IMG/VR virus record: IMGVR_UViG_2711768043_000001 | Source of the DNA: a virus | Lineage: Duplodnaviria > Heunggongvirae > Uroviricota > Caudoviricetes | Length of the DNA: 19,800 nucleotides | Strand: one strand, 5' to 3' | Part shown: positions 1 through 8,731 of the stretch, piece by piece | Layout: the number at the start of each line of letters is the position of its first letter | Numbering within the stretch: the first letter of the stretch is position 1 | Notes under the pieces: model-generated | What the model was told of the DNA's origin: nothing | Database searches by the model: none | What the model saw: only the letters and a program-made list of their open reading frames with translations | Made by a program: the position numbers and the translations under genes

Positions 1-243
1 ACGATTTTCACGTTCCAGCTCTTTCAGACGCTGACGTTCCGCGCTGGTGAGCCCACCATCACCGCCCCCGGTATCCCGCTCATGCTGGCGAACCCAGACA
101 CGCAGAGTCTCCGGCGTACAGCCAATCTTTGGGGCAATGGAACAAATTGCCGCCCACTGTGAGTCATATTCATCCTGACTTTCCAGAACCATACGAATCG
201 CCCGCTGACGGACTTCGGGGGAAAAACGAGTATTTTTAGTCAT
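1..243 (-). CDS. IS3-family transposase OrfA, N-terminal 81 codons (partial; runs off the window start)
   Basis: The reverse-strand translation from the ATG at 241..243 gives [81 protein letters not shown], the helix-turn-helix/leucine-zipper N-terminus typical of IS3-family OrfA. It is absent from the ORF track because it is truncated by the window edge. Confidence 0.8.
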   Translation of the reverse strand, partial: MTKNTRFSPEVRQRAIRMVLESQDEYDSQWAAICSIAPKIGCTPETLRVWVRQHERDTGGGDGGLTSAERQRLKELERENR

Positions 244-297
244 CCTGTTTACCTCTTTCTCAGGGAGTTTAGTCTCCAGGATTTCCGGGGCGGTTCA
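1..297 (-). mobile_element. Terminal part (left inverted-repeat end) of an IS3-family insertion sequence, IS629/IS1203-like; the element continues beyond the window start
   Basis: The reverse complement of 243..297 reads TGAACCGCCCCGGAAATCCTGGAGACTAAACTCCCTGAGAAAGAGGTAAACAGG followed by ATG, i.e. a TG-initiated terminal repeat then RBS and orfA start, as in IS3-family elements. The sequence changes character abruptly at 297/298. The IS629 assignment is from memory of the terminal repeat and OrfA N-terminus, not from a search. Confidence 0.75.
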
Positions 298-305
298 CTT
301 TACAC

Positions 306-626
306 ATGAAAGATGGTATCTATTTTGTTGTTTTCAGAAGCAATCAACGTGATTTTGGTAATGGTACCGTAGTTGTCAAAAACAATGCAGTAAACGGCGG
401 AGATTTTGGTTTTACGTATCAGGGAAAAATTGACGGTAGCCAACTTATTCTGCGCGTATCGCAGCATGATTTAAATGTCACCTCGGTTTTCCCTGGGGTA
501 AAGAACTTTGAATTGAGTCTTTCTTTGCAGGAACGAGGACGTGATTACCTGTTAAATGGATCTGTGGTCGGAATGCCTCAGATGCAAATTTCAATTAGTG
601 CAAAATACATTGGTGATCTGATTTAG
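306..626 (+). CDS. Hypothetical protein (106 aa), possibly the 3' remnant of a gene interrupted by the IS
   Basis: Open frame followed by an intrinsic terminator. There is no purine-rich Shine-Dalgarno before the ATG at 306, and the in-frame upstream sequence runs into the IS end, with a stop at 270..272 inside the IS. I do not recognise the protein family. Confidence 0.45.
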   Translation: MKDGIYFVVFRSNQRDFGNGTVVVKNNAVNGGDFGFTYQGKIDGSQLILRVSQHDLNVTSVFPGVKNFELSLSLQERGRDYLLNGSVVGMPQMQISISAKYIGDLI

Positions 627-645
627 TTTATCGAGATGATAATTG

Positions 646-669
646 AACCGCCTCCGGGCGGTTTTTTAT
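646..669 (+). terminator. Rho-independent terminator
   Basis: Stem AACCGCC (646..652), loop TCCG, stem GGCGGTT (657..663), followed by a T-run, immediately after the stop of ORF 306..626. Confidence 0.7.
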
Positions 670-718
670 TGCCATTTCTATGGTCTGTTCCATCGTAATA
701 ACTTAAAGGGAAGCATTA

Positions 719-1069
719 ATGCCGCCACGAACCCCGAAAGCCTGCCGTGTTCGCGGCTGCCGCCATACCACTACTGACCCTTCAGGCTACTGCGAAAGCC
801 ACAAAAGCGAAGGCTGGAAGCAATACAAACCTGGACAATCCCGTCATCAGCGCGGCTACGGTTCGAAGTGGGACAGTATCCGCGCGCGTGTTCTGAAGCG
901 TGACAAAGGCCTGTGTCAATTATGTCTGCGTGCTGGTGTGGTGCGTGAGGCGAAAACTGTTGACCACATCATCCCTAAAGCGCATGGCGGCACTGATGCT
1001 GACAGTAATCTGCAGAGTCTGTGCTGGCCGTGTCATAAGGCGAAGACGGCCCGTGAACGGTTAAAGTGA
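719..1069 (+). CDS. HNH endonuclease (terminase-associated)
   Basis: 116-aa protein with paired Cys/His motifs (CRVRGCRH...C, and DHIIPKAHGG...N...LCWPCH) typical of HNH nucleases. An AGGGAAG Shine-Dalgarno precedes the ATG. It sits immediately upstream of the small terminase, the usual HK97-type arrangement. Confidence 0.8.
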   Translation: MPPRTPKACRVRGCRHTTTDPSGYCESHKSEGWKQYKPGQSRHQRGYGSKWDSIRARVLKRDKGLCQLCLRAGVVREAKTVDHIIPKAHGGTDADSNLQSLCWPCHKAKTARERLK

Positions 1070-1095
1070 TAATAATTCTCAACTGTCTGAGGGGA

Positions 1096-1157
1096 GGGGC
1101 GGGTCAAATCCCTGCAGCCTGACGTCTTCCGGACTGCCCGCCCCATCGTTTTTTTAT
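1096..1157 (+). other. GC-rich inverted repeat plus T-run between the HNH and terminase genes; candidate cos/packaging-site region or atypical terminator
   Basis: GGGGCGGG (1096..1103) and CCCGCCCC (1137..1144) form an 8-bp inverted repeat around a roughly 33-nt spacer that contains CTGCAG and GACGTC palindromes, followed by ATCGTTTTTTT. In HK97-type phages cos lies between the HNH gene and the small terminase gene. Confidence 0.3.
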
Positions 1158-1194
1158 ACCCGCGAAAAATGAAATTTAACCAGGAGTGCCGCAT

Positions 1195-1689
1195 ATGGCT
1201 GGAACGGCGGGGCGTTCCGGGCGTCGCCCCAAGCCAACGGCGCGCAAGGCGCTGGCCGGAAACCCCGGCAAGCGAGCCCTGAATAAAGATGAACCTGTTT
1301 TTACGCCCATCAAAGGTGTTGAGCCACCGGAGTGGTTCGCTGAAGAAGATCTCCCTCTCGCCACGATCATGTGGCAACTGACAACCAAAGAACTCTGCGG
1401 TCAGGGCCTGCTGTGCGTGACTGACCTCGTGGTGCTTGAGCGGTGGTGCGTGGCCTACGAGTTCTGGCGACGTGCCGTGAAAAATATTGCCAGACAGGGC
1501 AACACCATCACCGGTGCAATGGGCGGTATGGTCAAAAATCCGGAGCTGACCGCCAAAAAAGAACAGGAGTCCGAGATGAGCAGTACGGGGGCAATGCTCG
1601 GACTCGACCCCAGCAGCCGCCAGCGTCTGATTGGCCTGGCGGGGAAGAAGAAAGCCACTAACCCGTTTCTGAAAATTATCGAATCATGA
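1195..1689 (+). CDS. Terminase small subunit (P27-family-like)
   Basis: The ORF track frame is 1186..1689. I prefer the ATG at 1195, which has an AGGAG Shine-Dalgarno at 1182..1186, over the GTG at 1186. The product is basic and N-terminally Gly/Arg/Lys-rich, and the gene sits directly upstream of the large terminase with an ATGA overlap. Confidence 0.75.
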   Translation: MAGTAGRSGRRPKPTARKALAGNPGKRALNKDEPVFTPIKGVEPPEWFAEEDLPLATIMWQLTTKELCGQGLLCVTDLVVLERWCVAYEFWRRAVKNIARQGNTITGAMGGMVKNPELTAKKEQESEMSSTGAMLGLDPSSRQRLIGLAGKKKATNPFLKIIES

Positions 1690-3419
1690 GCCGGAAATCT
1701 TACCCCAACGTAAATGCTGCAAATCAGTATGCCCGGGATGTCGTGCGCGGAAAGATTATTGCCTGCCAGTTTGTGATTCAGGCCTGCCAGCGCCATCTTG
1801 ATGACCTGATGGCGGAAAAAAGTAAGTCGTTTCGTTACCGCTTCGACAAGGACCTGGCTGAACGGGCCGCCAAATTTATTCAGCTGTTGCCGCACACCAA
1901 GGGTGAGTGGGCATTTAAACGGATGCCCATCACGCTGGAGCCGTGGCAGCTATTTGTGATCTGCTGTGCGTTTGGCTGGGTCAATAAAGGCACCCGGTTG
2001 CGCCGCTTCCGGGAGGTGTATACCGAAATTCCCCGTAAGAACGGCAAATCGGCAATCTCTGCCGGTGTTGCCCTGTATTGTTTTGCCTGTGATAACGAGT
2101 TCGGCGCGGAAGTGTATTCCGGTGCCACGACGGAGAAACAGGCGTGGGAAGTCTTTCGTCCGGCACGACTGATGTGTAAACGCACACCCATGCTGACGGA
2201 AGCGTTCGGGATTGAGGTTAACGCCTCAAACATGAACCGTCCGGAGGATGGTGCGCGGTTTGAACCGCTGATCGGTAACCCCGGTGATGGTTCATCACCC
2301 CACTGTGCCGTGGTGGATGAATATCACGAGCACGCCACAGATGCGCTTTACACCACGATGCTTACCGGGATGGGGGCGCGACGCCAGCCACTGATGTGGG
2401 CCATTACCACCGCCGGGTACAACATTGAGGGGCCGTGCTACGACAAACGGCGGGAAGTCATCGAGATGCTCAACGGCTCGGTGCCAAACGATGAACTGTT
2501 CGGGATCATCTATACCGTTGATGAAGGTGACGACTGGACCGACCCGCAGGTGCTGGAAAAAGCCAATCCAAATATTGGCGTGTCGGTTTATCGCGAATTT
2601 TTGTTAAGTCAGCAGCAGCGTGCGAAAAATAACGCCCGTCTGGCAAACGTCTTTAAAACAAAACACCTCAATATCTGGGTGTCGGCGCGTTCGGCGTATT
2701 TCAACCTGGTGAGCTGGCAGAGCTGCGAGGATAAATCACTGACCCTTGAGCAGTTCGAGGGGCAGCCGTGCATTCTGGCCTTTGACCTGGCGCGTAAGCT
2801 GGATATGAACAGCATGGCGCGACTTTATACCCGCGAGATTGACGGTAAAACGCATTACTACAGTGTGGCCCCGCGTTTCTGGGTACCGTATGACACGGTG
2901 TACAGCGTCGAGAAAAATGAAGATCGCCGGACAGCCGAACGCTTTCAGAAATGGGTGGAAATGGGCGTTCTGACCGTTACCGATGGTGCGGAGGTGGATT
3001 ATCGCTACATCCTCGAAGAGGCCAAAGCGGCGAACAAAATCAGCCCGGTCAGTGAGTCACCCATCGACCCCTTCGGGGCGACCGGGCTGTCACATGACCT
3101 TGCTGATGAAGACCTGAACCCCGTCACCATCATTCAGAACTACACCAACATGTCCGATCCGATGAAAGAGCTGGAAGCGGCGATTGAATCGGGGCGCTTT
3201 CATCATGACGGCAATCCCATCATGACCTGGTGTATCGGCAACGTGGTCGGCAAAACCATTCCGGGTAACGATGATGTGGTGAAGCCCGTCAAGGAGCAGG
3301 TGGAAAACAAAATCGATGGTGCAGTTGCGCTGATTATGGCGGTTGGCAGAGCCATGCTGTACGAGAAAGAAGACACGCTGTCTGATCACATTGAGTCCTA
3401 CGGGATCCGCTCGCTTTAA
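1686..3419 (+). CDS. Terminase large subunit
   Basis: 577-aa ORF translationally coupled to the small subunit. Its size, position and sequence character (ATPase N-terminal half, acidic nuclease-like C-terminal half) fit phage large terminases. Confidence 0.88.
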
Positions 3420-3430
3420 CTGAGGTAATT

Positions 3431-3613
3431 ATGATCATGCTGATTCTCGCGCCTCTGGTGGGCGTGCTGGGTGCGCTTTTGCTGGCGTATGGTGCCTGGC
3501 TGATTTATCCCCCGGCGGGTTTTGTTGTTGCCGGGGCGCTGTGCCTGTTCTGGTCGTGGCTGGTGGCGCGATATCTCGACCGTACACAGTCGTCTGTCGG
3601 CGGAGGTAAATAG
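3431..3613 (+). CDS. Small hydrophobic protein with two predicted transmembrane helices (60 aa)
   Basis: The product [49 protein letters not shown] has two hydrophobic stretches. A GAGG Shine-Dalgarno precedes the ATG, and the gene is wedged between the terminase and portal genes. Confidence 0.5.
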
Positions 3614-4854
3614 TGTTCTTTTCGGGATTATTTCAACGAAAAAGTGACGCACCGGTGACCACGCCAGCAGAGCTGGCGGATGCCATCGGGCTGTCGTATG
3701 ACACCTATACCGGAAAGCAGATCAGCAGTCAGCGGGCTATGCGACTGACGGCGGTTTTTTCCTGCGTCAGAGTGCTGGCAGAGTCGGTCGGGATGTTGCC
3801 CTGCAATCTGTATCACCTGAACGGCAGCCTGAAGCAGAGAGCCACCGGCGAACGTCTGCATAAACTGATCTCCACGCATCCCAATGGCTATATGACGCCG
3901 CAGGAGTTCTGGGAGCTGGTGGTCACCTGTCTGTGCCTGAGGGGAAACTTTTACGCCTACAAAGTGAAAGCATTTGGCGAAGTGGCTGAACTGCTGCCCG
4001 TCGATCCCGGCTGTGTGGTACCGAAGCTTAACAGTAGCTGGGAACCGGTCTATCAGGTCACATTCCCGGATGGCTCCACGGATGTACTGAGCCAGGAGGA
4101 TATCTGGCATGTGCGTACGCTGACGCTGGACGGACTGGTGGGGCTGAATCCCATCGCCTATGCCCGCGAGGCAATATCGCTGGCGGCAGCGACCGAAGAG
4201 CACGGGGCCAGACTGTTCAGCAATGGCGCGGTGACGTCGGGTGTTTTGCGTACAGAGCAGACGCTGTCGGATCAGGCTTATGAGCGCCTGAAGAAAGATT
4301 TTGAGGAGCGTCACACCGGGCTTGGCAATGCTCACCGCCCGATGATCCTTGAGATGGGGCTGGACTGGAAGTCGATGGCGTTGAACGCAGAGGACAGCCA
4401 GTTCCTGGAAACCCGCAAGTTTCAGCTTGAAGAAATTTGTCGTCTGTTCCGTGTGCCATTGCACATGGTGCAGAACACCGATCGCGCCACCTTCAACAAT
4501 ATCGAAGAGCTGGGGCTCGGATTTATCAACTATTCACTGGTGCCGTATCTGACCCGCATTGAGCAGCGGATCAACACCGGACTGGTACGAAAAAGTAAGC
4601 AGGGTGTTTATTACGCCAAATTTAACGCCGGGGCGTTACTGCGCGGGGATATGAAGTCCCGTTTTGAAGCCTACGCCACCGGGATTAACTGGGGAATTTA
4701 CTCTCCCAATGACTGCCGCGACCTGGAAGATATGAATCCGCGTCCCGGTGGTGATGTCTATCTCACACCGATGAACATGACCACGAAACCCTCCGATGGC
4801 AGTAAAGCCGGTAAGCAGAAGGATAACGCCAATGCAGACGAAACAACGTCTTGA
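3613..4854 (+). CDS. Portal protein (HK97-family-like)
   Basis: 413-aa ORF with a GTG start preceded by a GGAGG Shine-Dalgarno (3602..3606). It follows the terminase and precedes the protease and capsid genes in canonical HK97 order. Confidence 0.85.
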   Translation: MFFSGLFQRKSDAPVTTPAELADAIGLSYDTYTGKQISSQRAMRLTAVFSCVRVLAESVGMLPCNLYHLNGSLKQRATGERLHKLISTHPNGYMTPQEFWELVVTCLCLRGNFYAYKVKAFGEVAELLPVDPGCVVPKLNSSWEPVYQVTFPDGSTDVLSQEDIWHVRTLTLDGLVGLNPIAYAREAISLAAATEEHGARLFSNGAVTSGVLRTEQTLSDQAYERLKKDFEERHTGLGNAHRPMILEMGLDWKSMALNAEDSQFLETRKFQLEEICRLFRVPLHMVQNTDRATFNNIEELGLGFINYSLVPYLTRIEQRINTGLVRKSKQGVYYAKFNAGALLRGDMKSRFEAYATGINWGIYSPNDCRDLEDMNPRPGGDVYLTPMNMTTKPSDGSKAGKQKDNANADETTS

Positions 4855-5482
4855 TGTACCGCTGAGTCTGAAATCTGTCAGTGACTCCGGTGAGTTTGAA
4901 GGATATGGCTCCGTCTTTGGTGTAAAGGACAGTCACGATGATGTGGTGATGTCCGGGGCATTTGCTGCGTCCCTGCGGGCGTGGAGTGACAGAAAAGCGT
5001 TACCTGCGCTGCTCTGGCAGCACCGCATGGATGAGCCCATCGGTGTTTACACCGAAATGAAGGAAGACGATGTCGGGCTTTACGTCAGGGGGCGGTTGCT
5101 CATTGATGATGATCCCCTGGCAAAACGCGCACATGCACACATGAAGGCCGGTTCGTTAACCGGCCTTTCTATTGGGTACGTCCTGAAGGACTGGGAATAC
5201 GACCGGACGAAAGAAGCCTTTCTGCTGAAAGAAATCGACCTCTGGGAAGTCAGTCTGGTGACGTTTCCGTCTAACGACGAGGCGCGGATCAGCGACGTCA
5301 AGAACGCGCTGGCCCGCGGGGAAATCCCCGAACAGAAAAAAATCGAAAGAGTCCTGCGTGATGTCGGACTCTCCCGTACCCAGGCCAAAGCATTCATGGC
5401 CGGGGGCTATAGCGCACTGTCCCTGCGCGACGCTGAGGATGTGGGCTCTGCACTGAATGCACTGAAAAATCTGAACTTCTAA
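4832..5482 (+). CDS. Prohead maturation protease (HK97-family-like)
   Basis: The ORF track frame is 4796..5482. An ATG at 4832 with an AAGGA upstream is the likelier start; the ATG at 4796 would overlap the portal gene by 59 nt. The product has the protease-like segment DSGEFEGYGSVFGVKDSHDDVV, and the gene precedes the capsid gene. Confidence 0.8.
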   Translation: MQTKQRLDVPLSLKSVSDSGEFEGYGSVFGVKDSHDDVVMSGAFAASLRAWSDRKALPALLWQHRMDEPIGVYTEMKEDDVGLYVRGRLLIDDDPLAKRAHAHMKAGSLTGLSIGYVLKDWEYDRTKEAFLLKEIDLWEVSLVTFPSNDEARISDVKNALARGEIPEQKKIERVLRDVGLSRTQAKAFMAGGYSALSLRDAEDVGSALNALKNLNF

Positions 5483-5496
5483 TCAGGAGAAATACG

Positions 5497-6702
5497 ATGG
5501 CGGTAGATATTAAAGATGTCGAACAGGTCGCGCAGGAGCTGCAGCAGAAGTTTGACGACTTCAAAGCAAAGAACGACAAGCGCGTGGATGCGATTGAGCA
5601 GGAAAAAGGCAAGCTTGCCGGGCAGGTGGAAACCCTGAACGGGAAACTCAGCGAGCTGGAAAATCTCAAAAGCGATCTTGAAAAAGAGCTGCTTGAGCTG
5701 AAACGTCCAGCAGGTGGCGCGCAAAATAAACTGGCCACCGAGCATAAAGAAGCGTTTGTGGGCTTTTTGCGTAAAGGCCGTGAAGATGGTCTGCGCGATC
5801 TGGAGCGTAAGGCATTGCAGGTGGGCACCGATGAAGACGGTGGCTATGCCGTGCCGGAAGCGCTGGATCGCAACATTCTCACCCTGCTGAAAGATGAAGT
5901 GGTGATGCGCCAGGAAGCCACGGTGATCACCGTTGGCGGTTCCGACTACAAAAAACTGGTGAATCTGGGCGGCACGGCTTCCGGATGGGTGGGGGAAACG
6001 GATACGCGATCCCAGACTGCCACCTCCAGACTGGAGCTGATTGAACCTCTCATGGGGGAAATCTACGGCAACCCGCAGGCCACCCAGAAAATGCTGGACG
6101 ATGCCTTCTTCAACGTGGAGGCCTGGATCAACAGCGAGCTGGCAACCGAATTTGCCGAACAGGAAGAAATTGCCTTTACCTCAGGCGATGGCACCAAGAA
6201 GCCGAAAGGGTTCCTGGCGTATGAATCCACTGATGAAACCGATAAGGTCCGGGCGTTCGGCAAACTTCAGCATATTGTATCCGGCGAAGCGACCGCGGTG
6301 ACCGCAGACGCCATTATCAAACTGATTTACACGCTGCGAAAGGCACACCGCACTGGCGCGAAGTTCATGATGAACAACAACAGCCTGTTTGCCATCCGTC
6401 TGCTGAAAGACACCGAGGGTAACTATCTGTGGCGTCCGGGGCTGGAACTGGGGCAGCCGTCCTCTCTGGCGGGTTACGGTATCGCTGAAAACGAACAGAT
6501 GCCGGATATCGCCGCTGATGCGAAAGCCATTGCATTTGGTAACTTCAAACGGGGTTACACTATCGTTGACCGTATCGGCACCCGCATTCTGCGTGATCCG
6601 TACACCAATAAACCGTTTGTCGGTTTTTATACCACCAAGCGCACCGGCGGGATGCTGGTCGATTCGCAGGCCATCAAACTGCTGAAGATTGCAGCGGCGT
6701 AA
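5497..6702 (+). CDS. Major capsid protein (HK97-fold) with an N-terminal coiled-coil scaffolding (delta) domain
   Basis: 401 aa. The N-terminal ~100 residues are charged and heptad-rich (QELQQKFDDFKAKNDKRVDAIEQEKGKLAGQVETLNGKLSELENLKSDLEKELLELK), as in HK97 gp5. A strong AGGAGA Shine-Dalgarno precedes the ATG. Confidence 0.9.
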   Translation: MAVDIKDVEQVAQELQQKFDDFKAKNDKRVDAIEQEKGKLAGQVETLNGKLSELENLKSDLEKELLELKRPAGGAQNKLATEHKEAFVGFLRKGREDGLRDLERKALQVGTDEDGGYAVPEALDRNILTLLKDEVVMRQEATVITVGGSDYKKLVNLGGTASGWVGETDTRSQTATSRLELIEPLMGEIYGNPQATQKMLDDAFFNVEAWINSELATEFAEQEEIAFTSGDGTKKPKGFLAYESTDETDKVRAFGKLQHIVSGEATAVTADAIIKLIYTLRKAHRTGAKFMMNNNSLFAIRLLKDTEGNYLWRPGLELGQPSSLAGYGIAENEQMPDIAADAKAIAFGNFKRGYTIVDRIGTRILRDPYTNKPFVGFYTTKRTGGMLVDSQAIKLLKIAAA

Positions 6703-6709
6703 TCATTCA

Positions 6710-6729
6710 GGGGCGCGGAACCGCGCCCC
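6710..6729 (+). terminator. Strong GC hairpin downstream of the capsid gene (attenuator or mRNA-stabilising stem-loop; no T-run)
   Basis: GGGGCGCGG-AA-CCGCGCCCC is a perfect 9-bp inverted repeat, 8 nt after the capsid stop. It is not followed by a U-tract, so probably not a full terminator. Confidence 0.45.
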
Positions 6730-6751
6730 CTGTTCTGACGGGTGAAGAATC

Positions 6752-6952
6752 ATGATCCTGAAACAAGATCTGAAATGGTCACCGGACGGTATGCGTGTTG
6801 AGGTCATTCGGGCCGGTGAGTATGACGACGGGGCGCTTCCTGCCCGGGTGCAGGAGATTGCACTTCAGGCCGGGTTAGCAGAGCGCGGAATCAGTGCAAA
6901 AAGCAGTAAAGCGGCAAAAGAGAAAAAAGCCACGACCAGTAAAGAGGGCTGA
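6752..6952 (+). CDS. Small hypothetical head-region protein (66 aa)
   Basis: ORF between the capsid and connector genes on the same strand with a lysine-rich C-terminus. No recognisable family. Confidence 0.45.
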   Translation: MILKQDLKWSPDGMRVEVIRAGEYDDGALPARVQEIALQAGLAERGISAKSSKAAKEKKATTSKEG

Positions 6953-6954
6953 GT

Positions 6955-7278
6955 ATGCTTCTGACAATGGAAGAGATTAAAGCCCAACTCCGGCTGGATG
7001 AGGATTTCGATGTTGATGACCGCCATCTGCAACTGCTGGCCTGTGCGGCGCAAAAGCGGACGGAAACGTATCTGAACCGGAAGCTCTATGCACCGGATGA
7101 AACCATTCCGGACAGCGACCCGGACGGGCTACACCTGCCGGATGATATTCGTCTGGGGATGCTGATGCTTATCAGCCATTTTTACGAAAACCGCTCGTCG
7201 GTTACGGAAGTGGAGAAACTCGACATGCCGCAGAGTTTTGGCTGGCTTGTTGGCCCGTACAGGTACTTTCCGCAATGA
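6955..7278 (+). CDS. Head-tail connector / DNA-packaging protein (gp6-like)
   Basis: 107-aa acidic protein immediately after the capsid region, with a GAGGG Shine-Dalgarno. Size and position match gp6-like head-tail connectors. Confidence 0.65.
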   Translation: MLLTMEEIKAQLRLDEDFDVDDRHLQLLACAAQKRTETYLNRKLYAPDETIPDSDPDGLHLPDDIRLGMLMLISHFYENRSSVTEVEKLDMPQSFGWLVGPYRYFPQ

Positions 7279-7685
7279 AAATTCGTCAGGCGCAGACCAG
7301 CGCAACCTACATTCTGCCGGACCCCGGCGAACTGAATAAACGCGTCCTGATCCGCCAGCGGGTGGATATGCCCGCGGATAACTTTGGCGTGGAGCCTCAA
7401 TATCCGGTTACGTTCCGGACATGGGCGAAGGTTATCCAGACCAGTGCCACCACCTGGCAGGAAACCGCGCAGACCGGGAACGCCATCACCCATTACATCA
7501 CCATTCGTTACCGCAGGGGGATCACCGCTGATTATGAGGTGGTCTGTGATGACAGTGTGTACCGGGTGAAACGTCAGCGTGATCTGAACGGGGCGCGGCG
7601 CTTTCTGCTGCTGGAGTGTACGGAACTGGGCGAATGTAGGCAGAGTCACGGAGGCAGCAATGGCGACTCCCTTTTTTCACGTTGA
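7275..7685 (+). CDS. Head-tail joining (head closure) protein
   Basis: 136-aa ORF coupled by an ATGA overlap to the previous gene, in the expected position. Confidence 0.6.
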   Translation: MKIRQAQTSATYILPDPGELNKRVLIRQRVDMPADNFGVEPQYPVTFRTWAKVIQTSATTWQETAQTGNAITHYITIRYRRGITADYEVVCDDSVYRVKRQRDLNGARRFLLLECTELGECRQSHGGSNGDSLFSR

Positions 7686-8166
7686 TGTTCAGCAGCCCGC
7701 CGAGATGCGCTTTAACCGCGCCCGTGTCCGGCGGGCGTTTGTCACGATTGGGCAGCGTCATATGCGTGATGCCCGTCGGCTGGTGATGCGCCGTGCGCGG
7801 TCGGCACCGGGTGAAAACCCCGGTTATCAGACCGGACGCCTGGCTCGTTCGATTGGTTATATGGTGCCGAGAGCCAGTAAAAAGCGAGCCGGTTTTATGA
7901 CACGCATTGCCCCTAACCAGCGCAACGGGAAGGGGAACCGGATGATCTCTGGTGACTTCTATCCGGCGTTTCTGTTTTTTGGTGTCCGGGGAGGAGCAAA
8001 ACGTCGTCGTAGTCATCATCGTGGTGCATCCGGTGGCAGCGGCTGGCGACTGGCTCCACGTAATAACTTCATGGTGGAAACTCTTGAAAAGAACCGCAGC
8101 TGGACACGCTATTTTCTGGCGCGGGAATTGCGTAAATCACTGAAGCCGGAGCGACGACACAGATGA
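7660..8166 (+). CDS. HK97 gp10-like tail-component / neck protein
   Basis: 168-aa basic protein with a GGAGG Shine-Dalgarno at 7649..7653. It overlaps the previous gene by 26 nt in another frame. Confidence 0.6.
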   Translation: MATPFFHVDVQQPAEMRFNRARVRRAFVTIGQRHMRDARRLVMRRARSAPGENPGYQTGRLARSIGYMVPRASKKRAGFMTRIAPNQRNGKGNRMISGDFYPAFLFFGVRGGAKRRRSHHRGASGGSGWRLAPRNNFMVETLEKNRSWTRYFLARELRKSLKPERRHR

Positions 8167-8723
8167 AACTGACGCCTGTTATTGCTGCGCTGCGTGCCCG
8201 CTGCCCGTATTTTGAAAACCGGGTGGCAGGCGCGGCACAGTTCAAAAATCTGCCGGAGGTCGGAAAGCTGAGACTCCCGGCGGCGTATGTGGTACCGGGT
8301 GATGACTCTCCGGGAGAAAACAAAAGCCAGACCGACTACTGGCAGGAGCTGAAAGAGGGCTTCTCCGTGGTTGTCATACTGAGTAACGGGCGTGATGAGC
8401 GCGGTCAGTTTGCCTCATATGATGTGGTGGACGATGTCCGGCAGATGCTCTTTAAGGCCCTGCTGGGCTGGAGCCCGGAAGCGTGCGGTAACCCGATTAC
8501 CTATGACGGCGGCACGCTGCTGGATCTGAATCGTCATGAGCTGATTTATCAGTTCGATTTTTCGGTCATCAGCGAGCTGACTGAAGACGATACCCGCCAG
8601 CAGGATGATCTGAACAGTCTGGATGAACTGCAAACGCTGGCGATTGATGTTGATTATCTCGAGCCCGGTAACGGGCCTGACGGCGATATCGAACATCACA
8701 CCGAAATAACCCTTCCTTCCTGA
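8163..8723 (+). CDS. Tail-associated hypothetical protein (Mu-like tail module; possible tail completion/terminator protein)
   Basis: 186-aa acidic protein coupled by an ATGA overlap, in the position of Mu-type pre-sheath genes. Confidence 0.5.
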   Translation: MKLTPVIAALRARCPYFENRVAGAAQFKNLPEVGKLRLPAAYVVPGDDSPGENKSQTDYWQELKEGFSVVVILSNGRDERGQFASYDVVDDVRQMLFKALLGWSPEACGNPITYDGGTLLDLNRHELIYQFDFSVISELTEDDTRQQDDLNSLDELQTLAIDVDYLEPGNGPDGDIEHHTEITLPS

Positions 8724-8731
8724 GGATCCTC

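Noticed and set aside
1091-1104. G-quadruplex potential in GGGGAGGGGCGGG
   Set aside because: Only three closely spaced G-tracts are present. The feature is better explained as one arm of the GC-rich inverted repeat.
1094-1125. tRNA-like T-arm resemblance (GCGGG-TCAAATC-CCTGC) in the HNH-terminase intergenic region
   Set aside because: It is only a short T-loop-like motif with a wobble-containing stem. I could not assemble acceptor, D or anticodon arms, so it is probably a chance similarity within the GC-rich dyad region.
1186-1194. GTG start at 1186 for the small terminase, as in the ORF track
   Set aside because: The AGGAG Shine-Dalgarno at 1182..1186 overlaps this GTG and is correctly spaced for the ATG at 1195, so the ATG is preferred. 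The choice is unverified.
1455-1895. Long antisense ORFs in the track (for example 1455..1895, 3628..4464, 5394..5828, 7522..8019, 14345..14842 and 16572..17030, all on the - strand)
   Set aside because: Each lies inside a longer + strand gene with a recognisable phage structural product and coupled neighbours. GC-rich coding DNA routinely produces long stop-free antisense frames. None has a convincing RBS or family resemblance.
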